A DNA stretch of 64,000 nucleotides from Eledone cirrhosa (Eukaryota), in assembly GCA_964016885.1 (NCBI GenBank), contig OZ024758.1, positions 33,046,001-33,110,000 on the forward strand, read 5' to 3'. Shown one piece after another: positions 25,063 to 38,492 of the stretch (position 1 is the first letter of the stretch; each line of letters begins with the position of its first letter). The notes under the pieces were generated by a model. That model saw nothing but the letters and a program-made list of their open reading frames with translations, was not told the origin of the DNA and did not search any database. The position numbers and the translations under genes were made by a program.

Positions 25063-25492
25063 TGCTACTGTACGTCTGTATACATATATGTATGTACGTA
25101 TACATACATACTTACATTTAAGTAAGTGCCGTACTAAGAGTGGGAAATGAAATTTCGTTTTCATTTTATTACAACTCATCGTTTTCGGTGCGCCTGACCG
25201 ATTTAACTCACTCGATATGCAAATTAGGCTGCTCAGCCGTTAATTTTCATAAGGAAAGTATATACTTTCGAACGTTCAACTATCTGGCAGATGGGTATAC
25301 GGTGCTGATGATAGCTAACAAGCTTGAAACTAGTACATCGTTCCTGTGTCAGTGTTGAACAAAAAGGTGACGTGGTTGCCTTAACACCATGCGGCATAAA
25401 TTCAGGCTGTTCAGTTTGTTTACAAACGAACAAAGCGGGCGCTATAATAAGTGTCCGCTAAACTGATGCGTACATATATGTATGTGTACCTG

Positions 25493-25534
<42 letters not shown>

Positions 25535-25590
25535 TGCTACTGTACGTCTGTATACATATGTATGTACGTATACATACATACTTACATTTA
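24911..25590 (+). mobile_element. Retrozyme- or Penelope-pLTR-like non-coding element: ~470-bp unit in 1.4 tandem copies with a 5' inverted 21-mer and a hammerhead
   Basis: 24931-25120 is repeated at 25399-25590; TGTACGCATCAGTTTAGCGGA (24911) is inverted at ~24986-25006. Confidence 0.7.
25300..25340 (+). ncRNA. Minimal type I hammerhead ribozyme
   Basis: CGGTG-CTGATGA-T-AGCT(aaca)AGCT-T-GAAA-CTAG-TA-CATCG: intact core, palindromic loop 3, GUA cleavage triplet. Confidence 0.8.
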
Positions 25591-25867
25591 TCATCATCAA
25601 CGTTTAACGTCCGTGTTCCACGCTTGCATGGGTTTGGACGGGGGTAGTCCCACTTGAGGCAAGAGTGATTGTCTTGCTCGCATAGGACTGTCTGGCAGGT
25701 TTTCTACAGTTGGATGCCCTTCCTAACACCAGCCACATTTACAGTGTGGGTCTGGGAGGTTTTTACCGTGTTGCCTACACGGCCACATTACAGCGTGGAC
25801 TGTGTGTTTTTTTGTCGTGACACCTACACGATCTCATTTGTTTCGGTCTGGATGGCGCGGCACCAAC

Positions 25868-25927
<60 letters not shown>

Positions 25928-25931
<4 letters not shown>

Positions 25932-26664
25932 GGTGTAGACAATATTTGTTCGCAATTTTCAACTGCTAATTTTAAGCAAATTTTTTTTACTTCCGTTGTC
26001 ACTCTTGTCTTCATAAAAACAGTGACTATATTTCCATTATTTATTTTCAGAATAATTGATTATGAATAATTTTGAACCTCCAAAATCCGCGCGGGGAGGA
26101 CAAATAAGGAAATTTCAGACTTTCTCAGCGTCAGCAGGAGAATGATGGAAAAGGTCAGAAAGTAATTGGAAGATTCAGGATTCGACTACGAAGCAACATC
26201 AGAGAGGAAAACACATGATCGACGATCTAATGCCCGAGTTCGTCGCTGAAGTTCAGGATATCATCAACAATGAACCTAGCAAGTCAATGCGTGCCATTGC
26301 AAGGGAGAAAGGCGTGGATGAAAAGCTCATTAGGCTGGTGGTACATGAAGATATTCATTACATTTCATACAAGATGAGGAAAGGACAATTTTGGTCAAAG
26401 GCGATGCAAGAAAAGCGACTGAAGCACGCAAAGAAGCTGATCAACAAGTTGAAACACCCACTGGAGCCAGACATGCTGTGGTTTTTCTCCGACGAGAAAA
26501 ACTTCTGCCAAGACCACAAGATCAACTCCCAGAACAACAGGTGGCTCGCTGTCTCATCCAAAGACGTGTCCAGAGTCATGCAGACAAAGTTTCCAGTGAC
26601 AACATTGGTCGTAGGTGTCGTCAGCAGTCAAGGTGACGTCATGCCACCACAGTTCTTCCCTTGA
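25928..26664 (+). mobile_element. Tc1/mariner (maT/DD37D-like) transposase fragment with left terminus
   Basis: TA-CAGGGTG start; SMRAIARE HTH; WFFSDEKNF...NSQNNRW...VMQTKFP...GDVMPPQFF. Confidence 0.8.
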
Positions 26665-26837
26665 TTGCAGAGTCGAGCCAGATCAATACAGATCGAACCT
26701 TGAGCTGATCAATAGCGAAACGCATGTCACTACTCAAACGTAATGAAGACATAAATCGTCCTTTTATTATTATTTACACTCTGCTTAGTTTTACACATTG
26801 TTACAGACTGGAAACTACGTATTGAGTACTCACTTGG

Positions 26838-26877
<40 letters not shown>

Positions 26878-26921
26878 CTAACCCATGCAAGCATGGACAA
26901 TGGACATTAAATAAGGATGTT

Positions 26922-27112
26922 TATTGTTTCTACTTTTGGCACAAGTCCAGCAATTACCCAGTGTATTACTGGTACTTTATCTTACTGATCTCGTAAGGAT
27001 GAAAGGCAAAGTTAACCTCAGCAGGATTTGAACTCAGACCATAAAGGGACGTAACTCTATGCTACAAAGCATGGCGTCCGGCCCTCTACTGATACTGCCA
27101 ATCCACTGCCCT
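26922..27112 (-). mobile_element. SINE family A copy
   Basis: Reverse complement of the family A consensus. Confidence 0.8.
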
Positions 27113-27156
27113 ACATTGCATTCATAATGGCTGCAAATTGCAATCATGTGTCAGAT

Positions 27157-29345
27157 TCAGATGTGTGACGCTTGGATATGGCTTTTCAAGCCTGCTAGAG
27201 ACTTGCACTCCTTCGCACATTGACGACAACTATGGCTCTCCCTGGCCTCAAGTTGCCTGTGAACCATCACAATAATGTGGAGATCATAATTCACTGGTTC
27301 TCTTTCAACATGGCTGTGACTGTGGCTCCTGAGACCAGATTTCCTCAAGCAAATCTTTTCACACTCAGGGCACACCAATTTAGTGGAGACACCGATCGTT
27401 TCGAGAGATACACCAGGGCTTTGATCTTCTCATGCTCTATACATCTATCCTCAAAATTATGGACCCATGATTCACCATTCCACGCCAAGTTTCTCTTTCA
27501 AGAGCTTCTATCTCCCAGTCAGCCACCATCAAACCAATTTTTTTCAATGAGTCCTTTACACAATCTTTGAATCGGAGCTTTGGTTTGTGAGGTGGTCTCG
27601 TACCTTTACAAAGCTTGTTTGGGGATTCAATCATCTTCAATTCTGCAGAGGTGTCCGGTCCATCGTAAACATAATTGGGGGATGATACTTTCTCAAGGAC
27701 CTCAACATCACTCACATGCATCTCCTTTGATACTGAGCATCTTTATGAGACACTGCTGGTGAAATCGTTCCATTCTTTTGATATGCCGTTTGTGGGCAAC
27801 CCCTGTCTCACACGCATACAGCAATGCTGACAGTAAACATGCAACATACACTTTCACCTTGGTCTTCAATGTGATTCTTCGCCTGCACCAAAGATGGTCG
27901 CTGAGCCTTCCAAAAGACACACTTGCAGGTCACACTCAGAGTACCCGCTAAGAGTAGGTCACACTCAGAGTACCCCCTAAATACACAAATCTGCCAGGAA
28001 CCATCAGCTTTTGACCGTATACATATATGGAGGGTTCATTGAAAACTTTATCCGGCACAGGTTGGTACATGACGACAGTCTTCTTCAGATTGATTGTCAG
28101 TCCCAAAGAACTGCACGCATTGGAAAAAGAATCCAAAAGGTGTTGGATGTTACTCTGGGAGTGTGCAAAGAGATCACAATCATCTGCATACAGAAATTCT
28201 CTCATCAAGGTACTCAGTACTTTAGTGTTGGCTGTGAGACACCTAAGGTTCAAAGCTTGCCAGAAGTGCGATATCTAAGATAGATACCGTGTTGACAATC
28301 CTTGAAGGCCATGAAGAAAACTTGCGAAATACAAGGCAAACAAAGTTGGTGCAGGTATATCACCTTGCTTTGACACCATTTTCAACAGAGATTGGCTCAG
28401 ACAGTTTACCTCCAATGTTTACCCATGCCTGCATGCCATCATGAAAGAGCTTGAGTATGTTCACAAACTTTTCAGGACAGCCCAATCTCTCCAAAATAAC
28501 CCACAAAGCCTTCCGATTTGCAGTGACAAATGCCTTGGTCAAATCGACAAAAACTTGATATAAGTCCATGCACTGCTCAATCCATTTCTCTTGATGTTGT
28601 TTGGCTGAGAAGACCATGTCAACTGTGCTTCAGTCATTCCTAAAGCCACATTGGGACTAAGGAAGTACCTCAACAGCAATGTGCTGTATCAGTCTGTTCA
28701 ACAATATCCTGCAAAAGAACTTCCCAGTCACAGATAGCAGCGAGATACCTCTGTAGTTGCCACAATCATCTTTGGCTCCCTTTCCTTTGTAAAGTACCAT
28801 CATCAATGCATCTTTCCAGTCCTGTGGTACATCTTCTTCATTCCAAACATTCACAAAGAGATCAGTGAGGCAGTTTAAGAAGTTATCACCAGCACACTTG
28901 AAGATCTTGGCACTTAGTTCATCCATTCCAGGTGACTTTCTGCTGTTTAATTTGGCAATGGCCTTTGCCACCTCATCAAATGAAGGAGGATCAGCCATTG
29001 CCAGCTTTGTAGGTCTGGATGGAATCGACCGGATGAACTCGTCATCGATTTCTGATGGTCTGTTGAGGAGCTCATCAAAATGGTCATGCCACCTGATCAG
29101 GATTCCTTCGCATCTCTGAGCAATTCTTTGCCGTCTTTTGAGCGAAGTGGTAATATTTGTGGACCAGTTGGACCATAAACCTCCCTGAGCAGATTGTGTA
29201 AGAGCTTCGTATCATGTCTATCTGAGGCCTTCTGGATTTCATCACACTTTTTTCTCCACCAGGTATCTTGCATGGCTCTCAAATAATGTTGCACAGGCGC
29301 CTTGATCTGCTTGGGGGACAGGGCACTCTTGTCAGAATGTGACAC
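27157..29345 (-). mobile_element. RTE (BovB-like) LINE, 5'-truncated and degenerate, with C-terminal C2H2-like fingers
   Basis: KSPGMD, NYRGISLLS, FVDLTKAF, FLYADD, LLYACET, KLRFKDCVK, CPECEKIC...GLRSH. Confidence 0.9.
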
Positions 29346-29369
29346 TCAACAATGTCAGCACTTTACATA

Positions 29370-29775
29370 CATTACACACATACACACACATATCCATCCA
29401 TACATTCACACATCCATCCATACACACACACACACACACATCCATCCATACACACACACACCCATACATACACACATCCATCCATACACACATACACACA
29501 TCCAGCCATACACACATACATCCATACACACACACACATCCATCCATCCATACACATACACGCATCCATCCATACACACATCCATCCACACACACACATC
29601 CATACATACATACACACACACACACATCCACACACACACATCCATCCATACATACATACACACACAATCCATACACACACACACAGTCCATCCATCCACA
29701 CACATCCATCCATCCATCCATCCATCCATCCACACACACACACACACACACATCCATCCATACATACACACACAG
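29370..29775. repeat. Compound (CA)/(CATC) microsatellite
   Basis: Direct reading. Confidence 0.9.
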
Positions 29776-29866
29776 AAGTTACAATTTAATTCATTCATGT
29801 AATAACTAATTACTAACCTCAACAATACAGCCAGACACTATTAGATTAATCAGTGTTACAGGACAA

Positions 29867-30059
29867 ATAATTGTTTCTACTTTTGGCACAAGGCCAGCAA
29901 TTACCCAGTACATTACTGGTACTTTATTTTATCAACCCCGTAAGGATGAAAGACAAAGTTAACCTTCGGCGGGATTTGAACTCAGAATGGCAAGGGCCGT
30001 AACTCTATGCGTCAAAGCATGGCGTCTGACCCTCTACCGATACTGCCAATCCACCCCCC
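29867..30059 (-). mobile_element. SINE family A with a ~19-bp TSD
   Basis: Flanks TGTTACAGGACAAATAATT / TGTTACAGGACACATAATT. Confidence 0.85.
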
Positions 30060-30075
30060 TGTTACAGGACACATA

Positions 30076-30856
30076 ATTATTTGTAGAGTGATCAATATCA
30101 AATTATTTGTAGAGGGATCAATATCAAATTATTTGTAGAATGATCAATATCAAATTATTTGTAGAGGGATCAATATCAAATTATTTGTAGAGGGATCAAT
30201 ATCAAATTATTTGTAGAGGGATCAATATCAAATTATTTGTAGAATGATCAATATCAAATTATTTGTAGAGGGATCAATATCAAATTATTTGTAGAGTGAT
30301 CAATATCAAATTATTTGTAGAGTGATCAATATCAAATTATTTGTAGAGTGATCAATATCAAATTATTTGTAGAGGGATCAATATCAAATTATCTGTAGAA
30401 TGATCAATATCAAATTATTTGTAGAGGGATCAATATCAAATTATTTGTAGAGTGATCAATATCAAATTATTTGTAGAGATCAATATCAAATTAATTGTAG
30501 GGTGATCAATATCAAATTATTTGTAGGGTGATCAATATCAAATTATTTGTAGGGTGATCAATATCAAATTAATTGTAGGGTGCTCAATATCAAATTAATT
30601 GTAGGGTGATCAATATCAAATTAATTGTAGAGGGATCAATATCAAATTATTTGTAGAGGGATCAATATCAAATTATTTGTAGAGGGATCAATATCAAATT
30701 ATTTGTAGAGTGATCAATATCAAATTATTTGTAGGGTGATCAATATCAAATTATTTGTAGAGGGATCAATATCAAATAATTTGTAGGGTGATCAATATCA
30801 AATAATTTGTAGGGTGATCAATATCAAATTATTTGTAGAGGGATCAATATCAAATT
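30076..30856. repeat. 26-bp minisatellite, ~30 units
   Basis: ATCAATATCAAATTATTTGTAGAG(G/T)G tandem. Confidence 0.95.
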
Positions 30857-31840
30857 TCACATTATTAATTTCCGTATTAATATATATTTTTCGTTTATAT
30901 ATAAATATCACAGCTCATCGTTAAGATTGTTAAGGAATCTGATTCTATTAAACTGGTAAAGTCGCAATAATGAAATGATAGACTTTATGGTAAGATTACA
31001 AAAATATGATTTTAATATTAAAATGGAGACTTGAAATAACCTTTTACTAAGTTGATTTACTTGAGATAGTAGGTTGAAAAGTTCATAGGCTGACTATGAA
31101 GGAGTAATGCTAGAGGTGTGAAATCTTGCATGCATTAATTTCAACTCTTGTTATTAATAACTGCATAATTTCTTTCCAAGAACTATGTTGAAAAATAAAT
31201 CTCATTTGGTCATTCCATGAGAGTATCTTGGCCAGTCTGTGGAGTGATGAAGTTGTGAACTCTTGTATGCATTAATTTCAACTCATTAATAACTGCATTG
31301 TTTCTTTCCAGAGACCATGTTGAAAAATAAACCTCATTTGGTCATTCCATGAGAGTATCATAGTCAGCCACCATCGTATTGTAATAGAAAAGAGGAGGAT
31401 TGAAAGACTATAGAATGTTTGAATGTTGAATACTAACATTGGCAAGAGGAAAGAAGAGAAAGTGAGGAAAAGAAACAGAAAATAGGAAAGTGTTGGGTTT
31501 CAGGGAAACAAGAAATATATAAGTTAAACAAATGATATGGCTGGAGAGAATTTGTAAGAGAAAGATGTGTGTGTGTGTATATGTATATCATCATGACCCT
31601 TTTAAGTACATTCTTCCACACTAGCATGGGTTAGACGGGTTGTCCCGTTGTGGGCAATGCCAGGTCAAGTGACCATGTCTTGCTCATACATACAGAACTG
31701 ATTTTGGCTTGATTTCTACAGCTGGATGCTCTTCCCAACACCAACCTCATTTACAGTGAGTACTGGGTGCTTTTTTTGTTGTGACACCTACACAACCACT
31801 TTACAGTGGGAGGGGGGCATATTGTCTATATGCTGCAGCT

Positions 31841-33160
31841 TCAGCTTGTACCCATGGGAGGTCGGGTACCCTGTATTACTGCGCGATGCCAGAGGTCATG
31901 GTCCTGCATCATCGCATTTGAGAGGTGTAATTGGGTAAGGTCGGCTTTTATCACCTCATCCCAGGTCTTCTTGGGTCTCCCCACTCCGCGGCTTCCATTG
32001 ACTTCTAGTGCTCTGCACCGTTTTATGCAGCTGTCATCCTTCATACGCATCGCATGTCCATACCAACGCAATCTCCTCTCCTGCACGCAGCATTTGATTC
32101 CTCTTATGCTCAGTCTCTCTCTCAATTCGTTTATGCTTTGCCGTTCGCGTATATTACTATTACACATCCATCGGAGCATGCTGGCTTCGTTTCTTTCTAA
32201 TCTACGCAAGTCTTCTACACACAGCGTTCAGGTCTCACTACCATGTAACATTGCTGTTTGTATACACGCATCATACAGTCTGCCTTTCATTTTGAGGGAA
32301 AAGCCTTTTGCAGCTAGCAGTGGCAGTAGCTCCCTGAACTTCTTCCATCCAATTCTTACCCTGGTTACTGTACTTTCAGAACACCCACTTCCACTGCTAT
32401 TTTGATCACCTAGGTAGCAGAAGCTGTCTACTGTTTCTACAGAGCCCTACCAGAATTTGGTAGCACTTGTTTCCTGTGGCTGTTTGCTGCTTACTGCCAC
32501 AGTGCAACTGCTACATGTAAGGCCTACATTCTTAGCTAAACTTCTTGAGATCCCACATCTCTTGTGTACCCATAGTTTCCATTTGGGGCAGAGGATGGAA
32601 TTTCTACCTACACCTTTCCTACATACTAAACAAGGCCATTTCCCTGAAAGGATCAGGGTTTGTTTTCTCTTCTACTTATGAGGACCTTAGTCTTTGTCAG
32701 ATTGACTTTGAGACCCCTTCTTTCTAGTCCCTGCTTCAATGTTTGGAATTTCTTCTCTAGTTCCAACATAGATTCAGCTATAAGTGTAAGACCATCAGCA
32801 TACAGGAGTTCCCATGGGCACCAGGTCTTAAGCTCCTCTGTTATAGCCTGCAATACTATAATAAACAGGAGAGGGTTAAGAACAGAGCCCTAGTGTACAC
32901 CAACTTATATGCTAAATTCCTAACTTTGCTGACTGCTCCCCTATACATGGCTTGTATAGCCTTCACAAGCCATTCATCTACTCCTAGTTTTCTAAGAGCC
33001 AACCAGATTATAGCACGGGACGCTCTGTCGAAGGCTTTTTCCAGATCGACAAATACCAGGTAGAGCGGCTTACTTTTAGCTAGGTACTTGTCCTGTAACT
33101 GCCTCACAAGGAAGAGAGCATCAATAGTGTTTTTGCCTGGCACAAACCCAAACTGCATAT
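31841..33160 (-). mobile_element. RTE LINE 3' fragment (same family as 12320 and 46040)
   Basis: QFGFVPGK, VDLEKAFD, ELLYAD, LERNEASMLRWMC, RLRWYGH, GRPKKTW. Confidence 0.9.
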
Positions 33161-33224
33161 CATCTAGATGTGTGTATGTTTCTTTCTCTTTCTCTTAATT
33201 TTGAGTACATTTTTGACCGCAAGG

Positions 33225-34610
33225 TTGTTAAAGAAAAGAAATTGTCATCCCTTGAATTGCAAGAATGTTTTGCAAATTTTGAAGGTGCCAGATATCAGCC
33301 ATTTGTAGTCTATGATTTAGGGAGTTGTGCTCTTTGTCCACAAATCCAAGTTCAGTTATACTTTGGTTCAAGCGGGTTGGTATATAACCTGTAGCTCCAA
33401 TAATGAATGGTATGAAGCTGAAGGTGTATCTTGGATACTGGATCTGCAAACTCCTCATCAATGCTCCGTAGATGTCCTCCTTCTCGTGTATTATTTTTAC
33501 AACGTTGACATCAAGTGGGCAGCTGATCTCTATAACAGAGCACGTTTTCAATGTGTGGTCCCAAGCAACAATATCAGGCCGGTTGTGCTTTAATTTGGTG
33601 GCAGTCTTTATTTTCAGGTTCCACCAGTATTCCTTAGTGCCATCTGTTTCAACATATTCCTCCTCATTTGTTTTTAATTTTGTTTTCCTAAGTGCACTCC
33701 AGATGGTTCTAGCTATCACATCGTGTTTCATAGGGAGGTAGTAACGAGACGACATTCTTTCGCAGTTGGCAACAATGTGGCTAACATCTTTGATCTTTGT
33801 TTTACATAGCCTACATTTATTGTCAGCTGCTGGCCCTCCTCTTTTGTGCAGCAGATATTTGGTAGGGAGTTCTTGTTCCTGTATTGCATAAAGATATCTT
33901 TCAAGGTGGGATGTCATAAACTTGTTGGAACTCCATGCCAGGCTTTTTTAATGATTTATCCCCTCTATGGTCTGTGTTTTCATCTCAGGTACCCATGCAC
34001 AACTTTCTCTGTAAATTGGCCCATTTTTTATGTTGTTCGAACATTGAATAGGATCTTCCAATTTCCCTGGGAGAGAGATTTATATCAGGCCTTATTCCAT
34101 ATCCTACTCCAGATCAGTGGCTATCCTAATGATATTATTTTCTTCATGCTAATAAACCTGGGCAAGATGGTTGCTGACCTTTTTCTCCTGCTAAAGATGT
34201 TGCTTCAGTGTTACTATCCGGGTCTCATATGATGTTAATATGGATTTTAGACTCCGGCCACCTTCCTTGCGTGAGAAGTATAGCCTATCCACATCACCAT
34301 TGATGTTAAAGTTTCTGGTAACACTGAGAGGCTTGCGAGTTCTAACATCCATCTCACTTAGTTCTTGCAATGACCAGTTCAGTAGGCCAAGTGTTAGTGT
34401 TAGGATTGTCACAGCATAAGTATTGTGGGCAATGTACTTGTTGTACGCTGACAGTTCTGATGACCATATTTTCTTTACTCTCCGGAAGTATTCAGTTCTG
34501 GTTCTCTCCTTATTTATGGGTCCATCATATCTGACAATCTCATCCTGTCCAAGATATCTGTAGTTGTCACCTGACTGTAGAGGTTGTATTCTCAAGCCAT
34601 TCATCTCTAG
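33225..34610 (-). mobile_element. R4/Dong-clade non-LTR fragment (CCHC finger and restriction-like endonuclease)
   Basis: YRYLG; DVDRLYFSRKEGGR; AIQEQ; CRLC...HIVANC; KHD; HNRPDIVAWD...IEISCP; PFIIGATG. Confidence 0.85.
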
Positions 34611-34785
34611 ATTTGTATGTATATATATATATATATGTGTATATATATATATATATATAGTTATACTTTGGGAGGGTCATGTTGCAAATAAAAACACATG
34701 CACCTGTTGGTTTTCACTTCAATTTATTATAAATTTCCAGTTGGTTGGTTGGTTGTTTCGATAACCAGAAGATTGTTTATATATT

Positions 34786-34828
34786 GTCAAAGCTCTTTCA
34801 TCACACATTCTGTGACCTCATCAGTGAC
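34786..34828 (-). ncRNA. Minimal hammerhead motif (same family as 11775)
   Basis: Minus strand: GTCA-CTGATGA-G-GTCAC(agaatgt)GTGAT-GAAA-GAGC-TT-TGAC. Confidence 0.6.
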
Positions 34829-34836
34829 TAGGTTTT

Positions 34837-34872
<36 letters not shown>

Positions 34873-35681
34873 GTATATGTGTATATATTTATATATATTT
34901 GTGTGTGTGTGTTAGACAAAAAACATAAAAATAATCTTTCAAGAATAGTAATAATAATTGAACATGGATGAAGAAAGCAAAAGAGATTTTGTTTCTTCAA
35001 AATAATCGTTTTTAAAGAAATTTACATAAATGCAATAAAAAAGTGATTCATAAAAGATCAATAAAATAAAACCTACTAAAGTTCTCAGCCCATTTATTGA
35101 GTAGGTCAATAGCTACAAAACCTCTGCTACACTAAACATTTAACAGCATAATGTTTGTGAATTATAATAACTAATAATAGCAGTTAATGGGAGGCGAACA
35201 AATGACTCTATTACTTTTATTACAAGGTACTAACTGCTGCTGAAACAATTATTGAATTCAACAAAGACATTTTCTTTTCTGTATATGCAACTGAAAGGAA
35301 TATTTCACAAAAGCTCAGAAAGTGAATTGAAAGGGGCTGGACAAACAAATTTTATAACTTGTAAGTTATAGGAAATTACAAACTACTGTAATATTGTAAA
35401 CGTACAAAAGGAGGTGTTGTGAAACTTCAGTTCACAAACTTAATTGATAGGTGTCTTTGAGGCCAAGTGGGAAGTATTAGAGATGGTGTAGATACTGGTC
35501 TGGGGCTCAACACTGGACAGGAGATTCATGTAAGGGTGACCTATTAATCTTTTGATGAAATGTAGTGTACCTGAGCACTGTACACGATAATTTTCATTTT
35601 CTTATTCATAAAGGCCAGTCGTCACCCGAAATGTTTGTAAACTGAAACTATTTTTCCCATATGAAATGTTGAGAGGGACTG

Positions 35682-35860
35682 GTGGTGGTGGTGGTGATGA
35701 TAGTGATGATGGTGGTGATGGTCGTGATGATGATGATGATGGTAGTGGTGACGGTGGTGATGATGATTGATGATGATGATGATGGTGGTGGTGGTGATAT
35801 TGATGATGATGATGGAGGTGGTGGTAGTGGTGATAGTGATAATGGGTATGATGATGATAT
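35682..35860. repeat. (GAT)/(GGT) microsatellite
   Basis: Direct reading. Confidence 0.9.
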
Positions 35861-36005
35861 GAATATATTATGGAAGCAGGTGTTTTAACAGTTGAATGGT
35901 CTTCCTTAGGCAGTTATTCAACTATAAATCTTTCATGTAGATAGATTTCTGCAACAACACAATACTTTCAGTAGGTATGGTTTCAATTTATTAGTTGTCT
36001 GCCAG

Positions 36006-36526
36006 TTTACCTCACATAACATTTACATTACTCTATATATACTATTGTATTGTCACAGTAAAGGCTTTACCTCACATAATATCTCACATAACATTTACAT
36101 TACTCTATATATACTATTGTATTGTCACAGTAAAGGCTTTACCTCACATAATATCTCACATAACATTTACATTACTCTATATATACTATTGTATTGTCAC
36201 AGTAAAGGCTTTACCTCACATAATATCTCACATAACATTTACATTACTCTATATATACTATTGTATTGTCACAGTAAAGGCTTTACCTCACATAATATCT
36301 CGCATAACATTTACATTACTCTATATATACTATTGTATTGTCACAGTAAAGGCTTTACCTCACATAATATCTCACATAACATTTACATTACTCTATATAT
36401 ACTATTGTATTTTCACAGTAAAGGCTTTACCTCACATAATATCTCACATAACATTTACATTACTCTATATATACTATTGTATTTTCACAGTAAAGGCTTT
36501 ACCTCACATAATATCTCACATAACAT
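36006..36526 (+). repeat. 72-bp minisatellite, ~7 units, left of the Tx1 insertion
   Basis: ACATTTACATTACTCTATATATACTATTGTATT(G/T)TCACAGTAAAGGCTTTACCTCACATAATATCTCACATA; period 72 (36091 to 36163). Confidence 0.95.
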
Positions 36527-36737
36527 CTCGTATACGAGAGACGTGTGTTGACGTGTGTGAACAAGCTCGGCTACCGAGTCGGATTTACTTACTCAAAAAG
36601 TGAGTTTTGATTAATTTTTTTATACTGTAATATACGTTAACCCCTTGCCTTGGTCGTCAAACTTTGAGTTTATTTATTTTCGCCCCTTTTTGGGGCGAAT
36701 TTTCCAGTTAAAAATTTATTACGACAAACTAATAGAA

Positions 36738-38471
36738 ATGGACGGAATTTTCACATCTCATCCTAACGTGAAAGCCACGCCCCCTAAGAAAGGTGATACA
36801 GAGAAGCTAGAAGCACAAGGCTCTAAGTCTTCCCTCCTGACTTCTGCAAAAGAAACATGGAACACGGAATTAAAAGAAAAATTTGAAAAAATGGGTGAAA
36901 ACCCAGAAAGTCACATAAACGCAGACAAAAACAACAACGACAATAACAGCAATAGTCACAACACCAACCAAGGAAAAAATAACGATAACACCAAACAAAG
37001 CGAACCCACTACTGGTACCTCCTTTGCACAGGCGGTCCGGAAAACACAAACCTGCAAGCAACTGGACATTACAACTCTGAGAGAAAAGATGAAGGAAGCG
37101 AAACAGTATGTAACTTTCAAAGAAGGAGGAGACTTCACAATCACCTCCCCACAAGAAATCAAAAGAGACACGACGCTAAGAACGATATCTTTCAGAACAA
37201 TTTCCAACATAACAAGGAAACCAACTCAATTATCCCAAAAAGAGATTGAGCTGGTCCTAAAAAATGTGTGGAGTGATATATCGTTCATACAAAAAGGGCC
37301 ACTCTATGGGAATATAACGGTCCTAATGAAGGATCAATTGACGGCCAGGAAATACTCTGTGGCACCAATTGTTTCCAAGCTACATACATTTTCCCCCACA
37401 TATTTAGGGAAAAGAACGCAGAAGATAAGGGTCTCCGGAATCCGGCCAAATGCATGCATTTCCTGGGTACTAACAGGGTTTTTAGAAGACGAGGACGGAA
37501 TCCTCTCAGTAGGAGAAGTCACCACAGACGTTTTCGGCGGTTTGAGCGTGGAGGTTCTGGTCCAAATGAGACCAGAACGAATCGCTAGAATACCACAGAG
37601 GGTGTCCCTCGATGGAGAAACATTTATATATATTTCAGCCGAGGGTAGGAGGCCCATATGTTACTACTGTTCAAGCAGGGGTCATCTAAGGGCTGCTTGT
37701 CCTCAATTGACAAAAAAAAAGGCTCTTTTGCCTACACCCCACACACCACCACCGCCACCACCACCACCACCACCACCACCACCACCACAACAACAAAAGC
37801 AACAGGGAAAAATAACACAAGACACGGCCCCACCCAAAACAACTCCCAAAACACACACAAATACAACAAAACCCCAAAATACACCACTACCCGACAGCAC
37901 GGACGAGGACCCAGCGGAAACGGCACCTAGTGACGAAGAGGGGGAACCCTTCCAACCTGTAAAAAGGAAAAAAAGAAAGCACCACTCGAACATAAACGAA
38001 ACAAACACACAACCACCAACAAAAACAAAACAAACAGAACAAACAAAATCCCCCCCACCCCAAAACATAACACATACAACAAAACGTAAGCACACACAAG
38101 AACAACAAACAAACACAACACAAATAAAACAGTATACATACATTAACACAAATAACAAAGAACTAGTAAAAACAATACACAAAGACCCTTTGGTGGAAAC
38201 TGAAGGACAATTCTTTGCAAGCGCGGCCAACAAACCGCATTTAAAAATGATAAGACTCCCAATGGACACCTATGCAAAACTAAGAGAGAACTTTCCTGAG
38301 GACGTGGGGAAAACATGTACTCGACCCTATAACCGCGTCCTCTTGAAACGTTTCCCCACCCACACCTCACCAAACACCCCCACTCCACCACAGAACAACA
38401 CCCCACCAAACAACCCCTCCAATACGCCCATGGATATTGTGCAACCTGCTCCTCAGGAGCCGAACAGGTAG
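36738..38471 (+). CDS. Retrotransposon ORF1 (gag-like nucleic-acid-binding protein with a CCHC knuckle)
   Basis: First ATG at 36738 within the 36645-38471 frame; SFAQAV motif, CYYCSSRGHLRAAC zinc knuckle, poly-Pro tract, basic VKRKKRK. Confidence 0.85.
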   Translation: MDGIFTSHPNVKATPPKKGDTEKLEAQGSKSSLLTSAKETWNTELKEKFEKMGENPESHINADKNNNDNNSNSHNTNQGKNNDNTKQSEPTTGTSFAQAVRKTQTCKQLDITTLREKMKEAKQYVTFKEGGDFTITSPQEIKRDTTLRTISFRTISNITRKPTQLSQKEIELVLKNVWSDISFIQKGPLYGNITVLMKDQLTARKYSVAPIVSKLHTFSPTYLGKRTQKIRVSGIRPNACISWVLTGFLEDEDGILSVGEVTTDVFGGLSVEVLVQMRPERIARIPQRVSLDGETFIYISAEGRRPICYYCSSRGHLRAACPQLTKKKALLPTPHTPPPPPPPPPPPPPPQQQKQQGKITQDTAPPKTTPKTHTNTTKPQNTPLPDSTDEDPAETAPSDEEGEPFQPVKRKKRKHHSNINETNTQPPTKTKQTEQTKSPPPQNITHTTKRKHTQEQQTNTTQIKQYTYINTNNKELVKTIHKDPLVETEGQFFASAANKPHLKMIRLPMDTYAKLRENFPEDVGKTCTRPYNRVLLKRFPTHTSPNTPTPPQNNTPPNNPSNTPMDIVQPAPQEPNR

Positions 38472-38492
38472 GTCCTTCCTCTTTTAACCAAC

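Noticed and set aside
24931-25590. TRIM/LTR interpretation of the direct repeats
   Set aside because: No TG...CA ends, primer-binding site, polypurine tract or TSD
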